Positions 41,448-53,910 of a stretch of 64,000 nucleotides of DNA are shown in pieces. Positions within the stretch are counted from its first letter, which is position 1, and the number at the start of each line of letters is the position of its first letter. Origin of the DNA: Eledone cirrhosa (lineage: Eukaryota). The notes under the pieces were generated by a model. That model was not told the DNA's origin. It saw only the letters and a program-made list of their open reading frames with translations, and searched no databases. A program made the position numbers and the translations under genes. The stretch is taken from contig OZ024743.1 in the NCBI GenBank assembly GCA_964016885.1, positions 161,820,001-161,884,000 of the forward strand, written 5' to 3'.

Positions 41448-43489
41448 TTAAATGATTGGAATTTTACCTTGCCTTCGGATTTTCATTTTGATATATATAT
41501 GTGTGTGTGTAAAAAGATTCAGGACCCCGATCCCTGAATCTTTTCATATTACCCACTCTACTAGCCCAAGTATCGAGTACTCTGGTGGGTTATGGTCCAC
41601 CTGGTACTTCAACACACTCTTTCTGACACACATACACACACACACACAGAGTCCGCCACAAAAGTGTGTACACACTTCAGGAAAAGAAAAACTTGTAAAA
41701 ATATTTAACTCGTTTAAATACCTCTATACACACACACATACAAAAGATGAATTTCCATGTTGAGATATCTTGATGTAAGAAATGTACTGTTGAATAAATG
41801 AATATATATATATATATATATTTTCCTGATGTGTATATACATGGCGGACTCTGTTTGTATGCCTGTACCGCCATCAACACCACTGCAGTTAAGAGGAGAA
41901 AGAAAGAGCAACAGTTTAATGTAGATTGTAGAAAAAGTAAGCGATCGCTATACCGCCACATCAGTGTAGCAAACACCTCTGCTGCCATCATGCCGAAGGA
42001 AATGGAGCTAATACCGTCACCGTCACCATCACTGTAGCCACCATTTCAATATAGTAACAACGTCACCGCCACTGCTTACCTTCACATTAGCATCAGCAGT
42101 ACGTGTGCGTATGAGGAAGTGAAATAAGGGGAAGCCACATCATTATTTCTACCGCCTTCATCATCATTGCTAATTTAGGAGTGGTGAAAGGGCAGAGAGA
42201 AAGCCACCATACTCTTACACAATACCACCATCACTAGTACAACGTTATGACCACCACAAAAAAAATAATAACAAAGTAAAATAAACTAATGCAATTCAAC
42301 ACCTACATCACAAATACGGCTATGGCTACCATCACTATCATTACTGCAACAAAAATATCATTACGATGTCACTGCTCCAGTAACACCATTGTAATCTCAA
42401 CACTACCATCATTTTCATATTCATCTTCATCACAATTAAACGTAAATAACAACAATGAGTTCAAATGCAACAAAAATATGAGAAACAATACTGAATCCGT
42501 TCCACCTCAATTATACAAGTGTGGATAGTGTGGGAGAGTATGCCCTGGCATGCAGAACCCCAGGTGCAAGCTGCCCCGTAGCCCTAGTGGACAGTATGAA
42601 GAAAGCATTGCCCTAATGAATAGTGAGTGAGACGCATTGAAATAGTCATTCCAATTCATAGGGCTCACTCCTGCAGGTGACCAGCTCTACCATGATAGCA
42701 GAGAGTCGGGAGGTGGTACAGGGATCAAGAACACTGCTATACGTTCAACAACGAACCCATTGGAAAGCAGCTGATACTTCAACAGCTTGTGATCTTTGGT
42801 TTGTCAGGCAATACCACCCGAGTCTGTCACCAAATGCATAATGTTGCTGCTGGATAAAGTGTTGTTGCATGTTGTGTCCCAAATGAGGAGCTTACCACCA
42901 CAGAACAGGAAGACTCTAATATAATCTGTCCTACTGACCCTACAGGTTCAAGCTGCAAAGAAAAGAGGGTAGCATCCAAGCCATGCTTAATGAGAGTAGT
43001 ATGGTGTGGGAGGCAACCGGCACTTTCATAGCATGCCAGAGAAAAACAGGGACATGAAAGAAAACTACTTGGTACATCAGTCTCTGTCTCTAGTGCCCCA
43101 CTCCTGTTTTACTGTCAAAAGTAGAGAGTGATACTGAACATCACCTACATTTTTTTTTTATGGTGGTAGTAATGGTTGTGGTGATGATAGCAGAGACATT
43201 TGTTGTGGTGCAGTTGGTGCAATAACAGTGATATATGATCACTTCACTACTAAAATCCCACAACTCTTTAACAGAATATGAACACTTTCACAATACTCCA
43301 TCCAAAAGATTCTCATCAAAGCGTGTGTAGAGGATTTCTCACTTGCATCATTCCACTTGGTTGATCTAATACACTTAACCCACAGCTAGGTGAACTAAGG
43401 AATGTAAACTGAAGCATTCTGACTAAAAACAATGAAATACCAACAACAAATTTCAATTGTTGGTCTATCATTTGACTAGTTGACTTATT

Positions 43490-44745
43490 TACTTACTTAG
43501 AGGGTTCTTCGGTTACTGCCAGAGAGTCAGGCTCAGGCTGGTTTAGTACTTCCTTGAAGTGCTCCACACATCTCACAAGTTTATCTTCACCTTTGGACAG
43601 GAGGGTTACATCCTTTACTTTCATTGGAACTGACCTGCTTTTCGAGGTTTCAGTGATCTTCTTAGCAATCTGATATACAGCATGCATGTCATTTGTTTAG
43701 CACTGATCTCTGTTTGTTCAGCTTGGCTCTCCAACCACAGATGTTTGTCCTTTTGAGCACAGCATTTTACTTCTTATTTTTTCAACATATTTCTGTAACA
43801 CACTGCAGTCCTCATCATTGTTCTGCTTTCATTCATGTAGAGCTTTTCTTTCCTTAATTAGTTGCCAGGTGTTGTCACTAATCCATTTTTCCTTGATGGG
43901 TTTCTTGCAGCTGAGTGTTTCTTCACCAGCTGTTGTCATTGCTTCCTTTAGGTTTTCCCACCATTTTGATGTTCCTGGTGGAATGACTTCTAAGACAGAG
44001 AAACTGTTTTGAAGAACTGCCTCGAACTCACTGACTGTCCTAGAGTCTTTTAGTTTGATGCTGTAAAACCTCTTGTGTAATGATATCATGTTCTTTTACC
44101 TCCTCAGTTTGATCTTAATTTTGGTGATGACTAGGTAGTGGTCGCTGCTGACATTGGTGACTTGATGTATTCTAACATTTTGCAAACAGGGTAGTCTCTA
44201 TTCAGGTTAAGTGTTCTATCTAGGTCCTTGTCTCCTGGTCATTGGAAGTCTATGTAATCTGATGGATGGACTTTCATTCAAAGAAGGATGATTCAATCTT
44301 CATGTTATTCATTGTACAGAAATATTCCCATTGTCAATTTGGTTACCAAATCCATAATGACTTCAACCCTTTTATACTTACTCTAATCTGGGCATTCATA
44401 TCACCCATGATGTTGGCAATATCTGATGTTGACTGCATCCTGAAGTTGGTGGTAGAATACATCTTTGTCAGCACCCTCAGTTTCATTTATAGGGGTTTAG
44501 CACTGTATTATGATGGCTTTAGCCTGTGAGGTAACAAATCTTGACATTAAAAGTTGTTCATTTATGGGTGTCCACTCCTCAAGAGCCCCATTTGCCAACT
44601 TGCCCAAGATAAAGGTCACTCCAGCTTGATGTCCTGAAAACAGAATAGTCTTCTCCTCTAATCGAAATTTTCCTGTATCAGTCCAACAGACCTCACTGAG
44701 GCCTAATATGTTTAGATTGTAGGCCTTCATTTCCTTGATGACTAG
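43490..44745 (-). mobile_element. RTE/BovB-like AP-endonuclease and linker relic
   Basis: YNLNILGLSEVCWTDTG, EWTPINEQL, an SDH-encoding segment near 44135-44150, KWISDNTW and EHFKEVLN. Confidence 0.8.
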
Positions 44746-44844
44746 AGCATTTCAAATTTACACCTACCTGTCTATGAAACAATTATTGGTGTCTGAAAAA
44801 AAACTGAATGGTTACAACATTGTATAGGTGTCAGGGTATTCAAA

Positions 44845-45112
44845 GCCCTAAAATGTGCACCTCCTTTGCCCCCTCAGAATCCTAGGCCAGCCCTAAAATA
44901 TACACCTCCTTTGCTACTTCATCACCCTAACATGTGTATCACCTTTGCCCATAGGCCATCCCTAAAAATGTGCATCTTTTTGGCCCATTCAGCACTCTAA
45001 GTTAACCTTAATATGTACATCTTCTTTGCCCCTTCATCACCCTAGAGCAACTTTAAATTGTGCATCTCCTTTACCTCTTCAACGACCTAGAGCAGACATA
45101 AAATGTTCACCC
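44845..45112. repeat. Degenerate ~40-45-bp tandem repeat
   Basis: Recurring CCCTAAAATGTGCACCTCCTTTGCCC variants. Confidence 0.7.
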
Positions 45113-46187
45113 TTGATAAAATCTGACAAGATGCACTAAGATTAAAAAAGAAAAACTCACCAGCAACACATACATAATCCTGAGCCTGCTCTTAGTTCAA
45201 CAAAATATGTTAAAAAGGAAAACTCAGTCAAGCATTACAGAATATGCATATCATACAAAGAATTCTCCTCCTCCTCCTCCTTCTTCTTAAGAAGAAGAAG
45301 ATGATCAAGACATTCTAGCGGATCCTGTCATAAGCAACCGTCTCCAACTGATTCAGCTGGATCCCCAAATGTGACCGGCTAAGCTGATGAGTGTTATCCA
45401 ACCATCTTGGTCGGGGTCTACTTCTAGGTCCCCTGCTGGTTGGTTATGACCATAAAATCTGTCCAGTGATTCTTTCCTGAGACATTCTAACCACATCTCT
45501 TAATTCGGAGAAGTAGCAGCTCTACCTGGAGCAACTCTCTGATCTCTGAGTTACGTACTCTCGTGAGTAACATTACTCCAAAGACTCTTTGGAAGAACCC
45601 TATTTTGGCTGCTTGTATTCACAATTATATTCTTTCGGTCAATACCCAAGATTCATAACCATAGCTAAGGGTTGGCATGAATACCGAATTGAAGATAGTG
45701 AATTTGGCTTTTACACCTACAATACTTCTGATCACCAAATGCTGAACAAATTCTTGCTTTGTGTTCAAGTATGAAAAATATATTTTATTCTAATATATAT
45801 GCCTCAAAATGAGGTATATATGTGATGAAGAAGCAGAAGATAGAGTACTCAGTACTAAAAGTACAGCAACATCATAGAGGTTTTTGGAAGTTGAAAACCT
45901 CAGGAATTTGAGTTTCTTGTTTCCAATCTTCAGACACACACACACACACAAGTAGAGGTTTGTTTTATAACCACATGGTCTGGATTTTGATCCCACTGTG
46001 TGGTCCCTTGGTCAAGTGTCTTCCACTGTAGTTTCATTTTGTTGATGATGTCTAACATAGACACAGATCCACAGATTTTTGGTGAGAAGGGTGATCACAA
46101 TACATAGCTGGTACTTATTTTAGCAACTCCTAAAAATTGAAAAACAAAGTTAACTCCAAGCAGAATTGATCTCATTATATAAAGTGA

Positions 46188-46375
46188 AGGGCAATGGATT
46201 GGCAGTATCGGTAGAGGGTCGGATGCCATGCTTTGACGCGTAGAGTCACGGCCCTTGCCATTCTGAGTTCAAATCCCGCCGAGGTTAACTTTGCCTTTCA
46301 TCATTACGGGGTCGATAAAATAAAGTACCAGTAATACACTGGGTAATTGCTGGCCTTGTGCCAAAAGTAGAAACA
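46188..46375 (+). mobile_element. tRNA-derived SINE family A, full-length with 14-bp TSD
   Basis: A box TGGCAGTATCGG, B box GAGTTCAAATCC, central GCCTTTCATC..GGGGTCGATA. TSD ATTATATAAAGTGA at 46174-46187 and 46376-46389. Confidence 0.88.
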
Positions 46376-47498
46376 ATTATATAAAGTGACTTTACTAAAT
46401 ACTGCAAGGTAATTAATATGAGGATTTACTGATTCTGTCATGTACCACTCTAAAACTAATATTAATATTGAATTCTAAAATGAGTGATGGGAAGCAAGAG
46501 GCTGAATTAAGTGCAAGATTTGCTGATGCAATAATATGCCAGCATTCAGTCATCAGAAGGGAAGTTGGTGTAAAAGCTAAGCTCAGTTTTCAATTCAGTG
46601 TTTGTAGCTACCCTTAGCTATGATGATGAATCTTGGGGAATAACCGAAAGAATGCGATCACGAATAGTTCCTCCAAAGGGTATTTGGAGTAATGTTACTT
46701 GATAGAGTACGTAACTCGGAGATCAGGGAGTCACTACTTCTCTGCATCAAGAGAGTACAGCTCCAGTACTACAGACATGTGATTAGAATGTTTAAGGAAA
46801 TAATTGCTAGACAGATTTGGCAAGCAAAACTAACCAGCAGGAAACCCAAAGATATACATCAAGCAAAATGGTTGAATAACATTCATGAGGTCAGGTAATC
46901 TTCCTTGAGGATCCAGCCAGATCATTTGGAGATTGTTTCTTCTAATAGGACCCTCTGAAAGGCATGCCTGAGCATTCTGCCTCAACAACCCCTTCAAGAA
47001 TAAGTGGGCAAAGAAGAAAAAGAATTCTAATATCAACACAAGGTCTTAAATTTTGGGGAGTGATTTAGTGGATTTTATTGACTTTATGGTCTCAAATGGA
47101 TAAATTTCAAAGTCGACTTTGGTAGAATTTGTACTCAAGTCACCTTAATAGTGATTTCTAGCATCAGCACAAGGAGGGGGTAGAATTGATAAAGTCAACC
47201 TTAGCTGTTCTATATATTTAACTCTTAACATACGGTAATTAATGATTTTTCAGAACATGTTCAAAAAGATTTTTTTTATTTAGATGTTTAGTATCTTTGT
47301 ACAGATCATTGCAAAAATTTGCAGTATTAGAGAAAAGACTTCAATTTTCATGTGATGCAGTAATAGTACTGATTTGAACTTTTGCAAAATGTCTCTTGTT
47401 AATGTGGTTTCATGTGGTACATGATATTAATAGTTAATGTGTGATAAAAATTGTCATTTTTACAGCCTAACACTTAACATTTCCTTCTTTTTTTTTAG

Positions 47499-47646
47499 TC
47501 AGATGAACTGAAAGAAACAGGGTTGAAGGTATACTGTTGATGGAAACAAAATAACAATTGTGAAATTTGAACTCCTTTGTAGGATACAGTTATTAGTATC
47601 CCATTGTGTCACTTCTCCAGCAGTATTTAGGACTGTTGTACTACAG
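47499..47646 (+). other. Candidate non-coding (5'UTR or lncRNA) exon
   Basis: Branch-like CCTAAC at 47466, polypyrimidine tract and AG ending at 47498, donor CAG|GTAAAC at 47646. Unique-looking sequence with stops in all three frames. Confidence 0.4.
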
Positions 47647-48039
47647 GTAAACACAAATATTCATTTTCAGTTTGAATGTATATATGTGTGTGTGTGTGTG
47701 TGTAGGTGTAACTATTAAATATTTGTGCTGGATATTTGAAATATTTTCTTCTTTCCTTTATCACTTAAAACTTTGTGATAATATTCAGACAGCAATATCT
47801 AAGTGAGAGAAGATATCTTATTCAATAGAAGAGTTTTCTGAAGAAGGATATTAGAAATGAGATATGATTAAAATATATTAACATATCTTTATATTGATTT
47901 ATATCTAAATATCTTCAGAATTCAAGTGTAAGACAAACTTTTCAGATTATTCAGGCAACAGCTTAGGAATTTATGCATTTTATAGAATCAGTTTGAAAAT
48001 AACTTCTTAGATAAGTCAATAGACTTATGTAAGTATGTG

Positions 48040-48205
48040 TTGTTATTTAGCCCCAGGTCAAACCTGATGGAGTAGATCTACGATGATCAAAAGACGACAA
48101 TGTCCAATGTTCCTCCTTTTTAAGATGGTAGTGTATGATTTACAGGAGATTTAGCTGTTCATTCTAGCAGTTTGAGTGATGCTATAGAGATTCCCTCATT
48201 GGCTC
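48040..48205 (+). repeat. Unclassified old dispersed repeat; copies near 225-430, 33390-33585 (-), 36300-36595, 38980-39130 (-)
   Basis: Recurring CCAGGTCA...GACCTATGATCAAA...TT(G/A)GCTGCTATTTCTAGCAG blocks. Confidence 0.55.
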
Positions 48206-48824
48206 ATGTAGCTGTTAGGTGGTAAGATGATATAGAGTTGTAAAGTACTTAGTCCTTCACCAAATAAACATCTCTCCCACATCCTTTTTCATCCTGTTCT
48301 TTTTCTTTCACAAGTAGATGGTAACACAGATATTGTAAATATTAATATTTTGCAGTTTTTTGTAGAAATTTTATATCCTTCCTACATCTAAGTACACTTT
48401 TTGTAAAGCAGAACATTGGTGGAACATGTTATCGGTCAATATGACTGAGGCAAGTAAAATAATAACTGTCTTTTTCATTGTGAGACAGACGGGATTGTTC
48501 TCATCGCCTTTACAGAATCTCCAAGACTAGTAACATTGATATGGTGCCACAATAAAATGCACCCAGTACACTCTGTAAAGCGATTGATGTTTGGAAAGGC
48601 GTCGAGCTGCAAAATCAGGCCAAAACCGGAAAGTATGTAAGTGCGATGTGGCCTCTAGCTCATCTTAAAGGACGCTCTGATAAAATACTGACTTGGTCTG
48701 TGATGACCCATCGAACCCATGCAGGGAAAAACAGGCATTAAATCATATTAATAATTATGAGGATATTAAATTGTGCACTAAGCAGTGAAAGATTACAATA
48801 AATTCATATATGTATACAGTGTGT

Positions 48825-49165
48825 GGAGGCATGTGGCTTAGAGGTTAGAACATTGGATTCACAATTATGAGATGGTACAATTCCTGGACTGGGCAAGGCA
48901 TTATATCCTTAAGTCAGACGCTTTATTTTACTTTGGTTCAGTTCACTCAGTTGTAGAAATGAATTGCTACGTCGCTGGTGCCAAGCTATATCGACCATTG
49001 CCTTTCCCTTGGACAACATCATTGGCATGGAGTGAGGAGACTGGTATGCATGGGTGACTGCTGGTCTTCCACAAAAACACCTTGCCCAGGATTGTACCCT
49101 GGATGGGAACTTTCAAGGTGCAAATCCCATGGTTATTCATGACCATGGGATTTGCACAGGGGGTC
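48825..49165 (+). mobile_element. CORE-type SINE with a different tail; related copies at 20525-20836 (-), 62885-63010 (-), 4706-4880 (-, tail only)
   Basis: Same tRNA head and core. The alternative 3' part (GGTCTTCC..AAA...GGGAACTTTC..GGTG...TTCATGA..GGGGTCTTT) is shared with the 20525 copy. Confidence 0.7.
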
Positions 49166-49199
49166 TTTTACACAAACAGTACAGCATTTAATTGGAGAT

Positions 49200-50200
49200 G
49201 CAAGAAAAAAGGGGCTTGGAAAAGTTATTGAGTTTTACACTTATATGGTTGAAACAGCCATAAATATATGAAGGCAGGGAAAGCAGCCAGCCCATTTGAG
49301 ATAATCGCTGAAATGCTGAAAACATCAAGCTAAGTAGGGTCACATAATCAACCAGGTAATCCAGGAGGGTGACATAACACAATGACTGATGTAATTCTAT
49401 CATCATCAACTACTAAAAAGACAAAGGAAGATACTCTAGAAATAAACAACAATAGAGACAAACTTGATATAACAAGTTATGAAAATAACAGAGAAAGTCT
49501 TGGTGCAACTGATTAAGATGAGAATTAGCTTGTAATGAGATGCAATTTGGACCTGTGTCATGTTGGCAAACTATTGATGCAAACTGAAATAACTACAAGA
49601 GAAGTTCTTAGCTAAGAGTAAGCTCCTATATCTAGCATTCATCTGTTAGATAGAATACCATGCTCTTTAGTCCAGTGGTCGTTAAGGAAACTAGGAGTAG
49701 AGGAATGGCTTTATGAGAGTGATGCAAGCCATATTCAGAGATGCCATCAGTAAAGTGAGAGCTGGTAATGAGTTTAGCTAAGAATTTAATTTGAAAGTAA
49801 ATGGCTTAGCCTTCCTGTTTATTTTAGGTCACCAGATCATTATGGAGGAGTTTAAAACTGGTTCTCCATGTGAATACCTGTTTACTGATGACTTCATTCT
49901 TATAACTGAATCTGTGGAAATTCTAGAAAAGAAATTTCAGTTCAGATGTAGAAACAAAATCTAGTATCAAAAGGTCTCAGGGTAAAGAGCAAAAGTTAAA
50001 TTTTATTTAACAAAAAGAGACAAGAGTCTACTGCCATCAAGGAAATGGTAGTGCTTGATATGTAGAAAAAGAAGAGGTAGAAATTTCCTTTTATGTGCTC
50101 AAGGCAAAATATAGGTACACAAAATGTGTGGTATGGTTGCAGACATGTTAACAAAAAGGTATATTTTGCATGTGTCATAATCAGAGCTCCAATAACATAA
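49200..50200 (+). mobile_element. Heavily decayed RTE RT fragment
   Basis: Colinear with the 60.3-62.7 kb copy (GAAACTAGGAGTAGAGGAATGGC, TTTACTGATGAC). Confidence 0.7.
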
Positions 50201-50375
50201 AATCTTTCCATGAAGAATGCTGTTTTTTGACAAACTAAACCTGGAAAATATTCCTTGCATTTTGGAGGCGAATGGATATGTTAGATGAAAGTTTTGTTTT
50301 TTATGTTAACCCTTTTGTGACCATATTTCCAATGAAGAAAAGTGAGGGGTTTACTAAAACTTTTATTTATCTATA

Positions 50376-50707
50376 GAGGCACATGGCTTAGTGGTTAGAG
50401 CATTGGCCTTGCAATCGAAAGGTTGTGAGTTCAATTCTCAGACCGGGTGATGTGTTGTTTCCTTAAGCAAGACACTTTATTTCACATTGCTCCAGTTTCT
50501 CAGCTGTAGAAATGAGATGATAGGGACTGGGGTCCCTATCATTCTACTGCAAAGTGGTCGTGGAGGTGCAACGGCAAAAAAGTACCCAGCACTCACTGTA
50601 AATGAGGTTGGTGTTAGGAAGGGCATCCAGCTGTAGAAATCAAGCCAGAATCCCACCCTTGCAAGCAAGGAAAAAGCGGACGTAAAATGATGATGATGAT
50701 GATGATG
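50376..50707 (+). mobile_element. tRNA-derived CORE-type SINE (family B) with RTE-derived 3' tail
   Basis: A box TGGCTTAGTGG, B box GAGTTCAATTC, MIR-CORE-like CCTT.AGCAAGACACTT...CCAGTTT.CTCAGCTGTA.AAATG, and the LINE tail GGAAGGGCATCCAGCTGTAGAAA...(GAT)n. Confidence 0.85.
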
Positions 50708-50719
50708 CTTATACAAATT

Positions 50720-51190
50720 ATGTTGGAAGAATTTAATTTAAATAGGAAACATTTAAAAACATTGGCACTTTTATTTCATGAAACCACCAATGTTTGGGGC
50801 TGGTTAATATCAAAATGGTTAAAATGTTTGTATCGCCAGTTTTGTAACCCAGAAAAATCAAAATATCATTGTTCAGAACATCTGTTGAGTCAGTGTTGTT
50901 GTATGGATTAGGTACATCGAACCTGACACAAGATCTTGAGAAGAAACTAGATGGTGCATACACAAAAATGCTTAGGGTTGTACAAACATAATCTGGCATC
51001 AAGGTATTGCAAATGAAAGTTTATATGGAAATTTGGCCCAGGATAACAACTACAATTGCTCAATTTGAAGGACATTGCTGGAGAAGAAAGCATGAAGTTA
51101 TACACAAGCTACTATTGTGGGAACCATCAATCAATTCTCAGATGATACAAACCTCATTAGGAGCAGTTGCCAGGAGCAATGGAAATGTCT
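50720..51190 (+). mobile_element. Old RTE C-terminal fragment; similar piece near 9140-9400
   Basis: Translates SVESVLLYG...LEKKLDGAYTKMLRVVQTIW-like sequence in broken frames. Confidence 0.55.
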
Positions 51191-51199
51191 TTTGACACA

Positions 51200-52430
51200 A
51201 ACTGAAGGGTCATCCTAACCCCTTGTTTGGAAAGCTTTCTATGGCTAGATGCCCTTCCTAACACCAACATGTACTGGGTGCTTTTATTGTGTAGATCACC
51301 AGCACGAGGAAGAGTGTCATGTCCTTGACTCAACTAAACAGACCACCAAATCCTTTGTTTGACAAGCTTTCTACAGCTGGATGTCCTTATCACCAGTCAC
51401 TTTACAGCATGTACTGGGTGCATTTATTATGTAGATCACCAACGCTAGAGAAGTTGTTGTGTCTTTGATACAACTAAAACCCTTTTAGGCATTGTTTCTG
51501 CAGCGGAGTGCCCTTCTTGTTGCCAACCACCCTTATGGACCATACCAGGTGCATTTTCATGACACATTCACTAGAGTGATTGTTGGTCATATAAACTCAA
51601 CTGTAGAGCCTTCTCAGCTCTGGGGAGGGGGCAATAAGAGCCGGATATAGGTATGAAGTTATAGGTGTATGTGGGGATTTGATAGGTAATGTGTAAAGGT
51701 TAGGGGTGGTTGATTAGTGTATGGGGATGTAGTGGTGTGAGAGATGTGGTCAATATGGTGGGTGTAGGGGAGTGATGGAGAGTTAGATAAGGGGTAAAGG
51801 ATGAGTAAGGGTAGTGGTTGCTGATTAGTGTATGGGGAGAGGGGATGTAGTGGTGTGGAGGATGTGGTTAATAGAGGAGGGAGTAGTGAGGAGGTAATGG
51901 GTGGTAGTATGGAGTGAACAAGGGGTAGAGAGAGTAGCTACTAGTGTGCTATGATGAGGATATCTAAGATCTTTTGATGGAGCGGGGTTGTAGTTAAGGA
52001 GTGGTTCTGGAGGGGGCATAGATGTTGAGTGCACTAATTGTGATAATAAATGCTTGGGAGTGCTAGTGTAAGGGAGGGGAAGGGGCTCACGGATGGGTCA
52101 GTTCATATTATATGTTTCTGGGTAGGTCTTCATCATCACAACATAGCACTAACCCTCTCGATCCTTTGTCATCTCAGTTGTGAGGCTTAGTTTCTTAAGG
52201 TCACTCTTCACTACCTCACCCCATGTCTTCCTGGGTTTACCTTTTCCTTGGGTCCCATCTACTGGGATTGCTTTGCTTTTCTTTATGAGGCTGCTATCCT
52301 CCATATGCATTATGTGTCCATACCAGCACAGTCTCCTCTCTTGCACATTACATCCAATTCCTCTTATGCCAAGTTTTCCTTTCAGTTCACTTGTACTATG
52401 TCATTCATTACACACCCATACATCACTTTC
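51200..52430 (-). mobile_element. RTE 3' end with repeated tail fragments
   Basis: ORF QERRLCWYGHIM...GKPRKTW, a purine-rich UTR and about three GATGCCCTTCCTAACACC-type tail pieces. Confidence 0.7.
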
Positions 52431-53003
52431 AAGAGCCAATAACTACAGAGTTCTTGTATCTATTGTGAATTTTGTATTGTTATATCTATGTATCATAGAA
52501 ATTGGGTGTTTAGCTCATGATCATTAGTTTGAGTCTTGGTGATGCAATGTGTCCTTGAGCAATGTATCTTATTTCACATTGCTTCAGCTCACTTAGTTGT
52601 ACCTGTAGTTCAAAGGGCCAGCCTTGTCACACATTATGCCATGCTGAATTTCCCTAAAAACTATGTTAAGGGTACATCTGTCTGTGAAACCACTTGCACA
52701 TTAATTTCACAAGCATGCTGTTCCATTGGTCATATTAATTGAAACACTCATCATTGGAACCAATGGAAGGCCCTCAGATACGTGCACATATACCTCCCCC
52801 CCCCCACACACACATACATATAAGTATACAGTAATTTGTTTCAAATATGAAACAGTAGGTGAAGAAGCTGTAATGCTAAAAATACAGAATTTATTACAAT
52901 AAACTGTACATAAGGCTACATACAATTTTATAAAAAAGTATGAAATCCTAAATCCTAAAATTACATTGAAAATAAAACCAAACACTGGTAATTATATCAT
53001 CTT

Positions 53004-53110
53004 TTAATTAACAAATGTTTCATCCATCTTAGTGATTATAATTAACAATTAATTAATTATTAATTAATTAATTAATTATACAATCCAATAATTGGAATCT
53101 TCAGAATTAA
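53004..53110 (-). ncRNA. Hammerhead-like motif with expanded loop II
   Basis: Minus strand reads TTAATT-CTGAAGA-T-TCCA[long AT-rich loop]TGGA-T-GAAAC-ATTT-GTT-AATTAA. Confidence 0.55.
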
Positions 53111-53142
53111 TAAGACATAAATAACATTTATATATATATATA

Positions 53143-53289
<147 letters not shown>

Positions 53290-53359
53290 GTACATATATA
53301 TATACATATATATATACATATATGTACATATATATATACATATATATATACATATATAA

Positions 53360-53414
<55 letters not shown>

Positions 53415-53443
53415 AAAGAATAGAGGTGTAACACACAAGTTAT

Positions 53444-53846
53444 TATATATTGGTAAACGGAATAGAAAATGCTGACAAATTGTTCACAGTTGAAAAATGG
53501 TTTAATTAGGAATAAAAGAGTATTGGTGATTGTATGGGTTAGTATTCAGTTGTGGTTTTAAGTTTTTAAGTTTTTACCGGTTGCGCATTTCTAAATGCTT
53601 TTCAAAAATAATTTTGAGATAGAGTGTCCGTGCTGTTTGCTCTGATCTCCAGATCAGAGCAAACAGCACGGACACTCTATCTCAAAATTATTTTTGAAAA
53701 GCATTTAGAAATGCGCAACCGGTAAAAACTTAAAAACTTAAAACCACAACTGAATACTAACCCATACAATCACCAATACTCTTTTATTCCTAATTAAACC
53801 ATTTTTCAACTGTGAACAATTTGTCAGCATTTTCTATTCCGTTTAC

Positions 53847-53855
<9 letters not shown>
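53444..53855. repeat. Near-perfect 412-bp palindrome
   Basis: 205-bp arms, 2-nt loop (CC at 53649-53650), TA tracts on both sides. Confidence 0.95.

Positions 53856-53907
<52 letters not shown>

Positions 53908-53910
<3 letters not shown>

Noticed and set aside
46188-46280. Additional tRNA genes at SINE heads (also 50376, 48825)
   Set aside because: A and B boxes are present but there is no cloverleaf, and each continues into a SINE body.
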